64,000 nucleotides of DNA, from NCBI GenBank assembly GCA_001179505.1, contig CDMY01000440.1, positions 12,120-76,119 on the forward strand, in the 5' to 3' direction. The DNA comes from Vitrella brassicaformis CCMP3155. Taxonomy: Eukaryota; Protista; Chromerida. A program made the position numbers and the translations under genes. The notes under the pieces were generated by a model that saw only the letters and a list, made by a program, of their open reading frames with translations, did not search any database and was not told where the DNA came from. Below, one piece after another: positions 33,983-45,869 of the stretch. Positions within the stretch are counted from its first letter, which is position 1. Every line of letters begins with the position of its first letter.

Positions 33983-36900
33983 ATGACCGTCCTGGACATC
34001 ATACTAATGCTCTCCTACCAGCTGCTCATTGGCCTTGATGCTGCCAGCGCTCTGCACTACAAGCGGCGCGGCCCCTTCTGCTTCCACATCGCTGCGCACG
34101 CATCGTTTCGTCTGGAGCCACAGAGGCGCAGCTGCCGCATTGGTGCAGCCACACATCCTCGCAGACCCGGGACGACTCAGCTGGCTGCCGACCCGACAGA
34201 CGACTCAGCGGCAGCGACGGCTCGTCCATCTGTTATCCTCCTAAGGCTGCTCGAGACTTCCCAGAGGCTGCAGCGACGGCGCAGCAACGACAGCTCCACC
34301 CAAACACTGCAGAACAAGGCGGCCAACGAGCCTGAGGCACATGACGATGAGTCGGTCTGGGCGGTGGCTCTGCTGCCAGCTGCTGAGAGTGCCGATGCCC
34401 TCAACGTGACCACCACCATGGCTGCGCCTGAGGGCGAGATCGGCGAGGGCAGGCGAGAAGGCGATCCTGTTGAGGGCAGCTGGGGCTACCTGGTGCCAAT
34501 CTTCCCGTCGCTCAACATCTCTGCCGCTGCTGCCTCCCTCCCCTCTGTCACTGATATGAATGTGCGCATGCCGGAGAACATCACGCGGCTGGTGCAGTCG
34601 GCCGGGTCGCAGGCGCAAGAGCAGCTGAGGTCTATCGGCAAGCTGTCGACAGAGGCGCTGGGCAGGCTGGTTGCCGACGAGGGCTTGCAGAACCTGACTC
34701 TACCTGTGACGTCTTTCCTCTGGGATGCCCACAGCCGGCTGGCGGGTCTCTCACAGATCCCGGCTTCGCTCGCCGCCCAGCTGCCCGGGGACTCGCTGCT
34801 GCTGCTGCTGATGGGCAACACGAGTGGGTTGGCGGACGCAGTGCAGAACGTCCTCAGCCTGCAGAATGTGACATGGCTCATGGCCACGTCCGCCTACAAC
34901 CAGTCCCAGGCCCTCATGAACGCCACACTGGTGAGGCCGCTGGCCAACCTGAGCGACGCGTGGAGTCTGCAGGGCCTCGACAGCATCGGGGTGCTCCTGA
35001 GCAAGGCCAGCAATGCGACCCTGCCTTATGCGTTTGTGCTGCCTGTGGAGAGCCCGTCGCTTGAGTCGCTGCTGGGGTCACTGGAGGGCATCCTGCGGGC
35101 CAACACGAGTGCCGCTATGAGAGAGGAGGGGGATGGCACGGACGGCGGTGACACTGATGGGGGCATCTCGCTGCTTAATCCCGTGCCAGAGAGGGTGCTG
35201 GATGTCCTCAGGGTGAGCTCACCTGCTGAGGGAGGCGGCCTTCCTTCATCGTCACATCATTTCATTCCATGCATAGCGTGTGTGTATGTGTGTGTATGGT
35301 GTTGTGTTGTGTTGTGTTGTGAGGTGGCTCAGCGTGAAGGCCCCCCGATTGCCCGGCAGCTGTCGAGTCGATACTTCTTGGCGAACAGGAGGATCAAAGA
35401 ACTCATCGAAATCGCACTGGTCGGGGCAAACACTACATACACTCAGACAGAGAGAGAGATACGGAGAAACCAGCAAAGCCGGCCATCGTCTTTGCGCTGT
35501 TGCGTTGGTGGCCTTCCTTATCATCACCAGATGACAGAGCGCGGCCCCGATGTGCCTGAGGCCATCCACTTGAAGCTCTCGCTGCTGGACCAGCTGGGCA
35601 ACCTCAGCTCCCCCTTCCACAACGACACACCGCCCCACATTGTCTTCTTCAACGAGCCAGAGGAAAACGTCCATCGCATCCCATCGCACGAGGCCATGCT
35701 GCTCGAGGACATCGCAGTCTCCAAAGACAGCCTCACCGGCCTCTCAGACGACCTGAGCGCGAGGCCGGGACAGTTCGGGTGAGAGCCACACACACCGACA
35801 GCCAGCGACCAACACAACACCCACGTGATGATTGCTGGCTCCTGTCTTTTCCTCTGGTCGTTGTGCAGGTATCGCGCGAGAAGGGCGCGGTATGGCGTGC
35901 GCCGTTTTCTCGCGAGTGTCTTTCGCGGCATCATGCGCTGGAGGGCAGCTGTGTCGGAGGCATGGCAGAGACGCAAAAGGCAACAACACCAGCAGAGACC
36001 GCAGGACGGCCCACTAGATGAGACGGCGGCCAATAGGAAACCGTCTGGCACGTGGCGCCTCATCCAATGGGTCGGCAGCGGCCCGAAAGGGCTGTCTAGG
36101 CTCAAGTAATGACAGACACCCCCTGGCTGCCCAACAGTTATGCATCCCTCCCTCTGTGTCTTTTCTCTGCCCAGGCGTCTGGTGCGGCGGCGTGAGCGAG
36201 CGGCGCTGCACCGGCTGACCACTGAGGAGCTAAACCGCCTCAAGATGGCCTTGCGCTTCGAGATCTCCAACTGGCGATCCACCTGGATCGGGAGAGACCT
36301 CGCAAGACTCTCACGCCTCCGACGGCCGGACAGGAACGACTCGGTGCCCTCCCTGGTGATCCGAGACGACGTCGACGGCGCGTGCATCACGCCGGCAGAC
36401 GAGCTCGAAGAAGACGCTGACAGCAGGGCGCTCGAGAGTTTGCTCGAGAAGACGGCCAAGGACCTGTCTGCTGCCGCTGCCGCTGCTGCTGGTGCTGGTG
36501 GGCGAGAGCAGCCGGTGGCTGGTGTTGCGGGTGGCGATGGCGATGGCGGTGGCGGTGAGGGCAAGGGTGAGGTGAGGGGGGAGATCATGCACTCTCGGGT
36601 GGCCCATGCGGCTACCGTCGACGAGTGGCAGAGCACCTTCAGGCTCTTCCGGAGGCAGACACCGCTCATCGAGAGGTCAGCAACACACACACACACACAC
36701 AGATACATCGACAGACATACACAAACGGGCTGGTGCTGTGCATGCAGGTACATCGCCTCGGCGGACGCGGCGCTCCCCGGGCCCACCGAGTCGTCCTTCT
36801 CATGCTCGGCGGTCAAGTACCCCCTCCTGCTGCACTCTATGCTCCTCGCCGCCCTCTCGCCATACAACCTGAGGCTCAAAGACGCCGACCTGCCCATGGC

Positions 36901-38746
36901 CATACCGCAGCTGCCCAGCTTCGAGCTGAGCCTGGCCAACCAGACCATGACGTCAGGCATCAGCTTCGTGCCGATTGGGTCGATTCCGCAGCTGGTGGAT
37001 GTGCTGTCGTCTGACGATAAGAGGCAAGCCGTCATCGAGAAGGCCCAGCTGCTGGCCTCCCTCCACGGCCGGGGCAGCAGCAGCAGCAGCAGCGGCAAGG
37101 TGGTGCCTGTTGAGGCGGTGCCTGTGGATGCCACCGATGGGTCTGGCGAGTCGACAACCGGAGTGGCGGCCTCCCTCCCTCTGCCCATGATGCCCCTGCT
37201 GTCCAATGTGGTCGACAGAGAGCCGGCACACACACCCACAGCCGCAGCCGCAGCCAGCACAACAACAGCGTCTGCATCTCAACAGCAGCAGGAGGAGGAG
37301 GCCGAGGCGCTGAGGGGCAGGGCGGTGGCCGATCTGCTGATGAAGAAGGCCATTGAGGTGGAGAAGGGCAAGGGGGACGTCGCCGTGCACACCGTCGTCT
37401 CCGACAAAGCATGCGCGGTGCGTGCGGTCGGTGAGGGGGCGGCAGCCAGCCATCGGTGCATTTGATAGATTGGATGGGTGTGTCGTTCGTGTTTCTCCCT
37501 TTCTCCATATGTTCATTCACCCATTCGTTCAGGTCATCGGGGTGTCCCCCTCCCTGAACCTGACTGTGGTCAGCTTTCGGGGCACCAAGGACCCCGTCGA
37601 CGTGCTCACCGACATCCAGTTCATCTCGGCACCATTCAAGCCCAGAAACGTCCCGCGAGGCCACCGCTCGCGCATCCCCGTCTCTGTGCCCGTCCGGATG
37701 GCCCACCACCCGCACCATCCAGGCGCCCCAGCCAAGGACGGCAGCACCAGCATGGATGCAGCGGCCAGGGAGCCGCGGCGCGCGTCGCTGCTGGCGTCGC
37801 TGGGTCTGCGGTTCAGGGGCATCCGGCATGGCCGGGCGCACTTTGCCAAGGAGAGGGAGGCCGAGCCGACTGCGAGTGCGGCAGATAGCAACACGATGGA
37901 GGTCCACAGGTACGTACGCAGAACAAAGGGCTTTCTGCTCATGAATGCGATGCCTTCATGATCGCGATAATGCAGGGGTTTTGCGATGGCGTTCGAGTCG
38001 ATTCGCGACGAGGTTTCGTCCATTCTCAACCGCTACTCGTACACCGACCCCGCGGGCGGCCATCGCCGCTTTCCGCACGAGGTGGTCTTCGTGGGCCACT
38101 CGCTGGGCGGCGCCTTGGCCCACCTGGCGGCCGTCTACTTCCACGACCTGCGGCCGCGGCTCGTCACATTCGCCGCCCCAGCGACGGGCAACCTGGCCTT
38201 CTGCCGGTGCCTGGAGCAAGTGGCGCGGCCGTACGGGGGGCTGCGGGTATGGAATGAGGGCGATGTGGTGCCCTACATTGCCCAGCTGGTGGGATACAGC
38301 CATGCCGGCATTCCCATCAAGTGCCGGCTGCCCAGGTGGGCGAGAAGAGAAGGGCAGGGCAGGGCGGGGCGGGGGGGATATATGACTTCTATCTATCATC
38401 ATGATGATGCTCTCTGGGTGTGCGTGTGTGTGTGTTGTCCGACAGGTCTGCGATAATGAAGTTCGAGCAGGAGAACGTCGGTCCTGTGTTTGGCTTCCGC
38501 GTCGTGGCGCCTCACGTGCTCTTCCAGGTCACACACACACATTCACACACACATGCACACGTGTCATCCATCTGTCTGTCGTGTCAATCAATCGACCTGG
38601 TCAACCGTGTGTGTGTTGTGTGTCAGGTTGGCCCGGCCGTTTATGTGTTTCCCATCATCACGCAGGACGTCCGAAGCGCCAGTGAGGCCGCCAAGGCCGC
38701 ACAGCAGGAGACAGCGGACGAGGCCAAGGAATTGCAGCCCTCATGA
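33983..38746 (+). CDS. Class 3 lipase-domain protein with N-terminal signal/transit-like leader
   Basis: VVSFRGTKDPVDVLTDIQF, nucleophile elbow VFVGHSLGGALAHL (about 38094), LVTFAAPATGN, RVWNEGDVVPYI, YSHAG. Hydrophobic N-terminus followed by an Arg/Ser-rich stretch. Confidence 0.88.
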
Positions 38747-39006
38747 ATGAGCAGTGATGAGAATGGAACAACGAGTGGCTGACTTTGTTGTGTTTTGTGA
38801 GGTTAAGGCGACTCTGAGGGAGCGTTGTGTATACTGACTGGTGTGCTGCGCGTGTGAGAGAGAGACCGACCGCCTCTCATCGATTGTGCGGATGAGATGA
38901 AAGTTCATTTAGTGACTTCTTCCCTCACGTAATTGTCATCGACCGTCCAGCAGGCAGTCCTCTGTGTGCACACGGACGTTCCCTGCCGCAGATTTTGGGC
39001 AGATCA

Positions 39007-39063
39007 TTTCACAGCGCTTAGGGTTTAGGGTTTAGGGCTAAACCCTAAACCCTTTCACAGCGC
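39007..39063. repeat. Interstitial inverted telomere-like repeat (TTTAGGG)n/(TAAACCC)n flanked by 11-bp direct repeats
   Basis: TTTCACAGCGC (39007-39017) + TTAGGGTTTAGGGTTTAGGGCTAAACCCTAAACCC (39018-39052) + TTTCACAGCGC (39053-39063). Confidence 0.9.
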
Positions 39064-39099
39064 GCATCGTTTGAATGGAAACCGAATCTCCCAACCAGA

Positions 39100-40107
39100 A
39101 TGAACTCCTTGCCCTCTCGATGCCTCAGATCTCTATTCGTCGCCGTCCTTGTCCATCAAACCCGCTCCTCGGTGCCAGCAGCACGACGAAGGCACGCATC
39201 AGGCGCAGTGGGAAATCCAGGCATCAGCAGGCGGCCAGGACCAACAGCACCATGCCCGTCAGATCCGTCGCATGCGCCATCAGCCAAGGCCTCCAGCAGC
39301 AGCAACAGCAGCAGCAGCAGCAGCAGTGGGTGTCGTGATGCTGTTCATTCATCGCTGGAGGCATGTGAAGGGCGGGTTCTGTTCAGGCGGCCGGCACCTT
39401 CGCAGCTGCAGCTGCTCGTATGGCTAAGGCAGACAATACTCGTCGGCCTGGCTGAATTCGGCATGCTGCTCGGACTTGGTGAGTGAACACACTGGGAGGC
39501 AATTGCCACCATTGCTGTGTGCATCTGTTCATGTGACTGTCTGTGTGTGTGTCGGGCCGATCGATTAACAGGTGCGCTCTACGACCGGCTGAGCGAGTAC
39601 CTGGACATAGAGGCCGATGGTGCGGTCCGCTTCCTGCTCGACGTGGCCTTCTGGTCATCCATGGTGTTCGGCGTCCGCAACTCCATCACCCGGCCGAGGG
39701 ACATGGCAGCAGCGACAGACAGGGAGTGGTACCGATCCCTCAAGCGGTCAGGGAGGCGGTTCTTCGACCTGCCCGGTTGGGCCTTCCTGGCGTGGCACCC
39801 GCTGCGAGCCATGCAGACACTCGCAGCCGTCCGAGTGTGGCGCGGGACGGACCAAGACGTCTTCTCGGACCCAATGCAGGCGCTGTTGCTGTATTTGACG
39901 CTGATTGACGTGTGGCGGACGGCCTTCTACGACTGGCACGCCATCGGGTGGTCTGCGGGCTTGATGGTGGCGGTAATGGCGGCGTCGGTCAACGTGACGG
40001 TGCAGATGCTCCTGGAGGACAGTGTGGCTGGCTGGCTGTTTCTGCCCAGTGTCATTCTCGGGGCGCTCGTCGGGGCGCACAACATAGCTCTGTATGCTGA
40101 CAACTGA
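39100..40107 (+). CDS. TSPO: TspO/MBR family protein with N-terminal targeting extension
   Basis: Two exons (39100-39478, 39572-40107), phase-compatible. EWYRSLKR...LPGWAFLAWHPLRAMQTLAAVRVW...LLLYLTLIDVWRTAFY...EDSVAGWLFLPSVILGALVGAHN fits the TspO 5-TM pattern. Confidence 0.78.
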
Positions 40108-41043
40108 TGGATGGATGGATGGATGTGGGATGCCTAATCAATCCATGTGTGCATGTCTGTGGGGCGGGCGATGCTTGCGGGGGTGGGTGTGTTAGGTTAG
40201 TGAATAGCCATAGCCGGTCAACGACGGGAAGACGAATTGATTGCACAATCAATTGAGGAGCCTTTTTCGGGTGTTCATAGAGAGAGAGAGAGAGATAGCT
40301 AACTAGCTAGAACGTGCGTGCTTGCTTGTTTGTTTGTCTGTGGGTGTGCTGAATCGGACAGACAGTAGTGAGTGACTCGCCGACCGACCGACTGACCGAG
40401 ATGAGATGAAGGAAATACACTCACTCACACGCATATGCATGGGTTGACAGGCAGGCCATGGTTGGTCAGTCAGTCAGTCAGTCAGCAGACAGACAGACAG
40501 GCAGTCGGGCCCACACACTGGCGATAGTCAGTACTGGTAAGTAAGGAACACACACACACACACACACAAAAGACACACCACACATAGATACCGGCCAGCC
40601 ACTCCCTCAGCCACACGCGCACGTCACGTCCTCGCACCGCTACGTTTGCTTTGATTGAATTGTGCATCTTGGAAGTACAGACAGCTGGCTGGCTGCAGTG
40701 AGTGAACCGAGCCGTGCCGTGCCGTGTGTGTCAGAATAAAATTGTCCAAAGAAACGAGTCAGTCGCCCGCCCGCCCGCCAAATCCTAGCTAGCTTTTATC
40801 CAACCATCCCATGCATCCGTCATGAAGGAACGAAGAGCCGTCCAGGATGATGATGCTCATCAATCGCAATGCAATGCCACTGCATGCATTCACACCCACA
40901 CTCACGGACACACGTAGAAAGCAAGGAGGTCTGTCTGTCTGGTCAGGAGGACCGTCTGGTCTGGCCTCAGTTCACTCTGTCTGTCTGTCGCCCATCCCCT
41001 CTGCCACTGCCTGCTTGTTGTGTCTCTCCGCTCGAGTAGCTAC

Positions 41044-44000
41044 TCAGTCCTTCATGACAGTGATGGTCTTGCCGTTCAAATCGCCACCATTGTACTGCTC
41101 TGCAGTGCACACGCACACACCAGAGAGACCCATGAGCACATGGATGGAATGAGAGAATCAACGAATGCATGTGGCTTCCAGCCTGCCTGCCTGTCTGCCT
41201 GCGTCTGTCTGTGGCTGTCTTACCGACGGCACTCTGTGCGGCCTCTGGCTTCGCGAAGCGCACCTGCACCTTGCCATCGTACTGACCCTGAACACAGCAC
41301 AACCACACAAAGGACCAAAGGACACACACACCAGGTATCCACCTCGAGATGGTTGATTCGGTGGGGTGTGTTGTCTGGTGTGTTGACGTACGTCCGAGTC
41401 GAGCAGCTTGGAGGCCTTCTCGACGTCGCCGCACTGGGCAAAGGCCGTCACTATCTCCTCGATGCTCAACTCAACAGGCACCTGACCAACACACACACAA
41501 ACAGACAGACAGACCAGCCACCATTGTCTTCTGCCCTTCCATTCATCAGTTTATCCATCCATGCGGCCACTCGCTTCGCTTACATCCTTGATCAGTATCT
41601 GACGGCCCGCAGCACTCTTGCTCTGCGCCACAGGCCCCCCACCAGCAGCACTTGCGACACCGCCCCCACTCGCCGCATAGCCCGCCTCCTGCTTGGCAGC
41701 CATATGTGGCCGCGAGGGCGGCACGGAAGGCGGGCCCCCGTACGGCGCACGAGGGGCAGCTCCAGTGCCTCCAGCTCCAGAAGCAGCAGCACCACCACCA
41801 GGCTGGGCATAGCCATACGGCTGCGGCTGCGGCTGCATGGGCGCGGGGGCCTCAAATGCCATCGTCTGCTGTGGTCGGGGAGGTGGCCTGAGGCCGGCCG
41901 GTGTGTGTGGAGGTGCGTACTGCGCGTGTGCGTATTGGAATGGGGGCGGGTATGGCGCGGGTGGGTGCTGGGCCTGCGGGGGGGGCATGTATGGCTGCTG
42001 GTGGACGGGGGAGGGCGGCATGAGGGCGGGTGTGAGTGAGCTGGTGCCGGCGGTGGTCTGGGCGTTGTGGTAGCCGGGGCCGCGGTCCTTGGTGGGGTCG
42101 TTCTGATTGGTGAGAACACATGAGGACAGGCATGACAGGGACACACAATGTGTGATGATTGTTCCCTGTTTGTTGTGTGTCTGTGCGTGTGTCGCGCGTG
42201 TGTGTGTGTGGTCACCTCGCGGATGTAAAGTTTGTTGCACTTGAATACCTGGTTGTTGAGCTCGCGGACAGCACGCTCGGCCTCCTCGACCGTCTCGTAC
42301 TCACAGATCCTGTCAGACACACACGCACACACGCCCACAGAGACACGGGGAAAGAGTGGCACACACACGTTTAGCCTACACTCCCCTCGTTTGTCTGTCT
42401 CTCGGTCTGTCTGATTGTTTTTATTGGCTTACGCGCATCCGATGGGCATTCCCTTCTGCGATGTGACGATCTCGGCCCTGACCACCCGCCCGACCTGGGC
42501 CATGAACTCGGCAAACTCCGCCGGGGTCGCGGTGTTGGGCACGTGCTGCACCCACAGCCTCGTTCCACGAACCGCCCTCCCACCACCGCCGCCAGACATA
42601 CCCATACCGCCCCCAGGCTGCTGCTGCTGCTGCTGATACTGCTGCAGCTGTGGTCGCCTTCGCACGAGAGCCATCCCGCCCCCAGTCCCCATGACGGCCG
42701 ACCTGGGCAGGAGGGCGAGGTTGTGCTGCGGTGGTGGGTTGAGGATGCCTAGCTGCTCGTGGTGAAAGGCACCTATATGTGGAGGAGGGGGAGGGGCGGG
42801 GAGGGGAGGGGGGATACACAACAGACAGAGAACACACAACAGAGACACACAACAGGTGGGGAGAAAACAGTCAATACAATGATGATAATAATAATAATGA
42901 GACTGTACAGCATATACAAGACAACACAACACAACACAACACTGCACAACGGTAGGTACGTGACGTGGCCACCGCATGTGTACGTGTGGTTATCTATCTA
43001 CATCTACAAAATACGAAATACAGATCGATCCAATACATATTTGTGTACGAGTATGTGTGTGTGGATGGATGGATGGATGTGCTACGCATGTTACGGTGTG
43101 CTCAGCTTAGATAAGCTACGACGGTGGTCAGGGCAGGGCAGGACGGCAGGCAGGCAGGTGGGCTTGGCTGAGACATCACCGGATGGAAGCGACGGACAGA
43201 CGGACGGACGGAGGGAGCCGGGTGAACGGAGGCAGGCAAAGAACAGACAGACGGAAAGGCGTCCCCTCTGTCTGTCTGTCTGTCTGCTTAAATGGCGCCG
43301 CCCTCTCCTTCTCTCCCCCTGTCTGTGTGGTGTGTGTTGCAGTGCCTGCTCAGCTAGCTATTCACATCACCCACACACATCACATCACATCACATCACGG
43401 CAGCCCCCCTCTCCCCTCTCAGCTTCCTGCCTGCCTGCCTGCCTGTCTGTCTGTCTACACCCCAACTCAGTCAGTTCAGTGGTACAAAAAGGCTTAAGGC
43501 TATCTATCTCGCTTTGCGCTGCGCTGTCATGTGCTTACTTACACACACACACATACAGGTGTGTCTCTGTGTGTGTGTAGCGAATTAGTTCATGTGTACA
43601 GCGATACAGACAGACCTACGTGTATTGTGTGTGTGTACTGTCAGTGTGCTGTGAACCGTATAGAAACGAGCCGGGTGCAGATGCGCACTCTACTCTCTCT
43701 CTCTCTCTCTCTCCCTCCCTCTACCGCCAGCTCGACAGCTCGCAATCTGCCTGTCTGTCTGTCTGTCTGCCTATCGGCCTCTGATGAAGTCGCACACACG
43801 CACACCACACCACACCACACCACACAATCAATCAATCCATACGCCGCAAAAAGGCCGAATCTCTATCAGATCCTCTCTCTCTCTCTCTCTCTCTCAGCCG
43901 CGGCACAAGCAGACAGACCGCAAGGATAACAAGAGAGGACGGCACCGTCGTCAGCACTCTCTGACATGCTAGCTGTAGCTACACGTCTTACTGCCTCTTC

Positions 44001-45672
44001 ACTGGCTGGCTGGCTGGCCTGTCTGCCTCGAAAAACGACATCACACGCATCCCCTCACTCAGTCACTCAGTCAAGCATGCACACTCATGCACACACACAC
44101 GCACCACACACACTCCTCTCTAGCTCTCTCTGAGCTAGCTCATGGATCGTATTCATGTCCATACCCGCGCGCGGAAAATGTCATGCGGTGGGTGTCATGG
44201 GATGTCATGTCATGTGATGGGGTGTGGTGTGGTGTGATGCCATGGCGAGTGAAGAAGCTGTATGTATGTATGTGTGTACATGTGAGTGTATGTACAAACG
44301 CTCCCTCCCTCCCTCCCTCTCTCCCTCCCTCCGTCCATGCCTCCGTCCATCCGTCCGTCCGTCCGTCCATCCATCCGGAGATGTCTCAGCCAGCCAGCCA
44401 GCCTGCCTGCCTGCCGTCGACCACACCACAGCATCTTAAGACCACACCGCCCGCTACTACAGCATCAGCCATAGATACACGGGCAGAATACATAACATAC
44501 ACACAGCTGTCTGTCTGTCTGCCTGTCTGTCTGTACATACGTCGTATTATAAAATATACAGACAACAAAAATACATATGGGTGTGCGCGTGCGTGTGATG
44601 TGGGTGAAAGGGACAGGGAGGGGGGCGAGGGGGGGGAGGGGGAGGGGTAGGAGGGGTGCGAGGGCAGACACAGCCATCCAGCGACACAGCCAGCCAGCCA
44701 GCCAGCCAGCCAACACGATCAGACAAGCGGATGAACACTCTGACTCTCTCTCTCGCTCTCTCGCGGTGTGTGACTGTACAGTGTGTCAGGACAAGACAAG
44801 CTGCTCCCGCAGTGACTCGCTCCAGGCGTCGAACTCAGCCCACACGTAAGCCAGCCACTCGACAAGCCACGNNNNNNNNNNNNNNNNNNNNNNNNNNNNN
44901 NNNNNNNNNNNNNNNNNNNNNNNNNNNNNNNNNNNNNNNNNNNNNNNNNNNNNNNNNNNNNNNNNNNNNNNNNNNNNNNNNNNNNNNNNNNNNNNNNNNN
45001 NNNNNNNNNNNNNNNNNNNNNNNNNNNNNNNNNNNNNNNNNNNNNNNNNNNNNNNNNNNNNNNNNNNNNNNNNNNNNNNNNNNNNNNNNNNNNNNNNNNN
45101 NNNNNNNNNNNNNNNNNNNNNNNNNNNNNNNNNNNNNNNNNNNNNNNNNNNNNNNNNNNNNNNNNNNNNNNCCCCTCGCCCCCCTCGCCCGTCTCGCCTG
45201 CCTCGGATGTCGTGCTGCTACACGTGCCGTCACTGAGGCTGGCTGATGACGCTGATGCGGATGCGCTAGTGCTGGTGCTAGTGATGCTCTGCCTGCTCTC
45301 TCTGGTGGCCCTGTCTTTCACGTCAACAACGTCACAGCACACCTCACCACCATCCCATGCATCACCGCTACTGCTGCTAGTGCTGCAGTCAGTCACTGTA
45401 CCGTTGGTGGTATAGTAGGGCGCGAACCGACGACCTTGGCCTCCTCCTTGCCCACCGCCGCCGCCGCCGCCTCCCCCAGCTCCGTAGCCGCTGTAGCCGC
45501 CGTCCCCCTGCTGAGGGGGTCCTCCCGAGTGGCGTGCGGGGTTGCCGTAGACCCCCTTGCGACGCATAGGGCCGTAGTGCTGCATGTCGGCAGGCGTCCG
45601 GCCGGTCTCAGCAGCCACCAGGTCGTCCAGGCTCATCCCCAGCTTCCTGTCCAGCTCCCTCTGGTCAGTCAT
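41044..45672 (-). CDS. Two-RRM RNA-binding protein (GBP2/Hrb1-like RRMs, ALYREF-like N-terminus), paralog A
   Basis: Exon 1 (45402-45672) MTDQRELDRKLGMSLDDLV...GRRFAPY splices in phase to 42772. RRM1: RLWVQHVP...GMPIGCA|ICEYETVEEAERAVRELNNQVFKCNKLYIRE. RRM2: QILIKD|VPVELS...GKVQVRFAKPEAAQSAV|EQYNGGDLNGKTITVMKD*. Confidence 0.85.
42773..45401 (-). repeat. About 2.6-kb microsatellite-dense intron 1 of RRM paralog A
   Basis: Mosaic of (CA)n, (GTCT)n, (ATGG)n, (CT)n, (GCCA)n and (CACAC)n tracts. Phase 1 donor at 45401 and phase 1 acceptor at 42773. Contains a 300-N gap. Confidence 0.7.
44872..45171. other. Assembly gap (300 N)
   Basis: Exactly 300 N. Confidence 1.
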
Positions 45673-45775
45673 CACGCCTTCAGCCACAGACGAGCACGCT
45701 ACTCGCACCTCAGTGCTTCTCCTCCAGTGGAGGCTCCTCGTGGACATCGGTTTCACGCGATGCCCGACACCACGA

Positions 45776-45782
45776 GCTCGCA
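45776..45782. promoter_or_regulatory. GCTCGCA half-site in the 197-bp spacer between the two RRM paralogs
   Basis: AGCTCGCAATC; the same 11-mer occurs at 43737-43747. Confidence 0.45.
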
Positions 45783-45869
45783 ATCAGAGGAAGCGGGCCG
45801 AAGGAGAGGAGGAGCCTTCCTGGGGTCTGAATCCCTGGTTCCATCCCCTGCAGGGCAGAAAGTGTCAAG

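Noticed and set aside
35524-37260. 578-aa minus-strand ORF, and similar ones such as 3874-5154 and 720-1307
   Set aside because: Antisense shadows of GC-rich coding exons; they translate through intron microsatellites and have no domain motifs.
42800-44870. Many short ORFs in simple-repeat DNA (also 31.4-32.3, 48.0-48.9 and 59.2-60.6 kb)
   Set aside because: Translations are microsatellite-derived (CVCV, LSVC, THTH).
39007-45672. Functional link between the telomeric cassette and the neighbouring GBP2-like genes
   Set aside because: Proximity (about 2 kb, with TspO between) is the only evidence.
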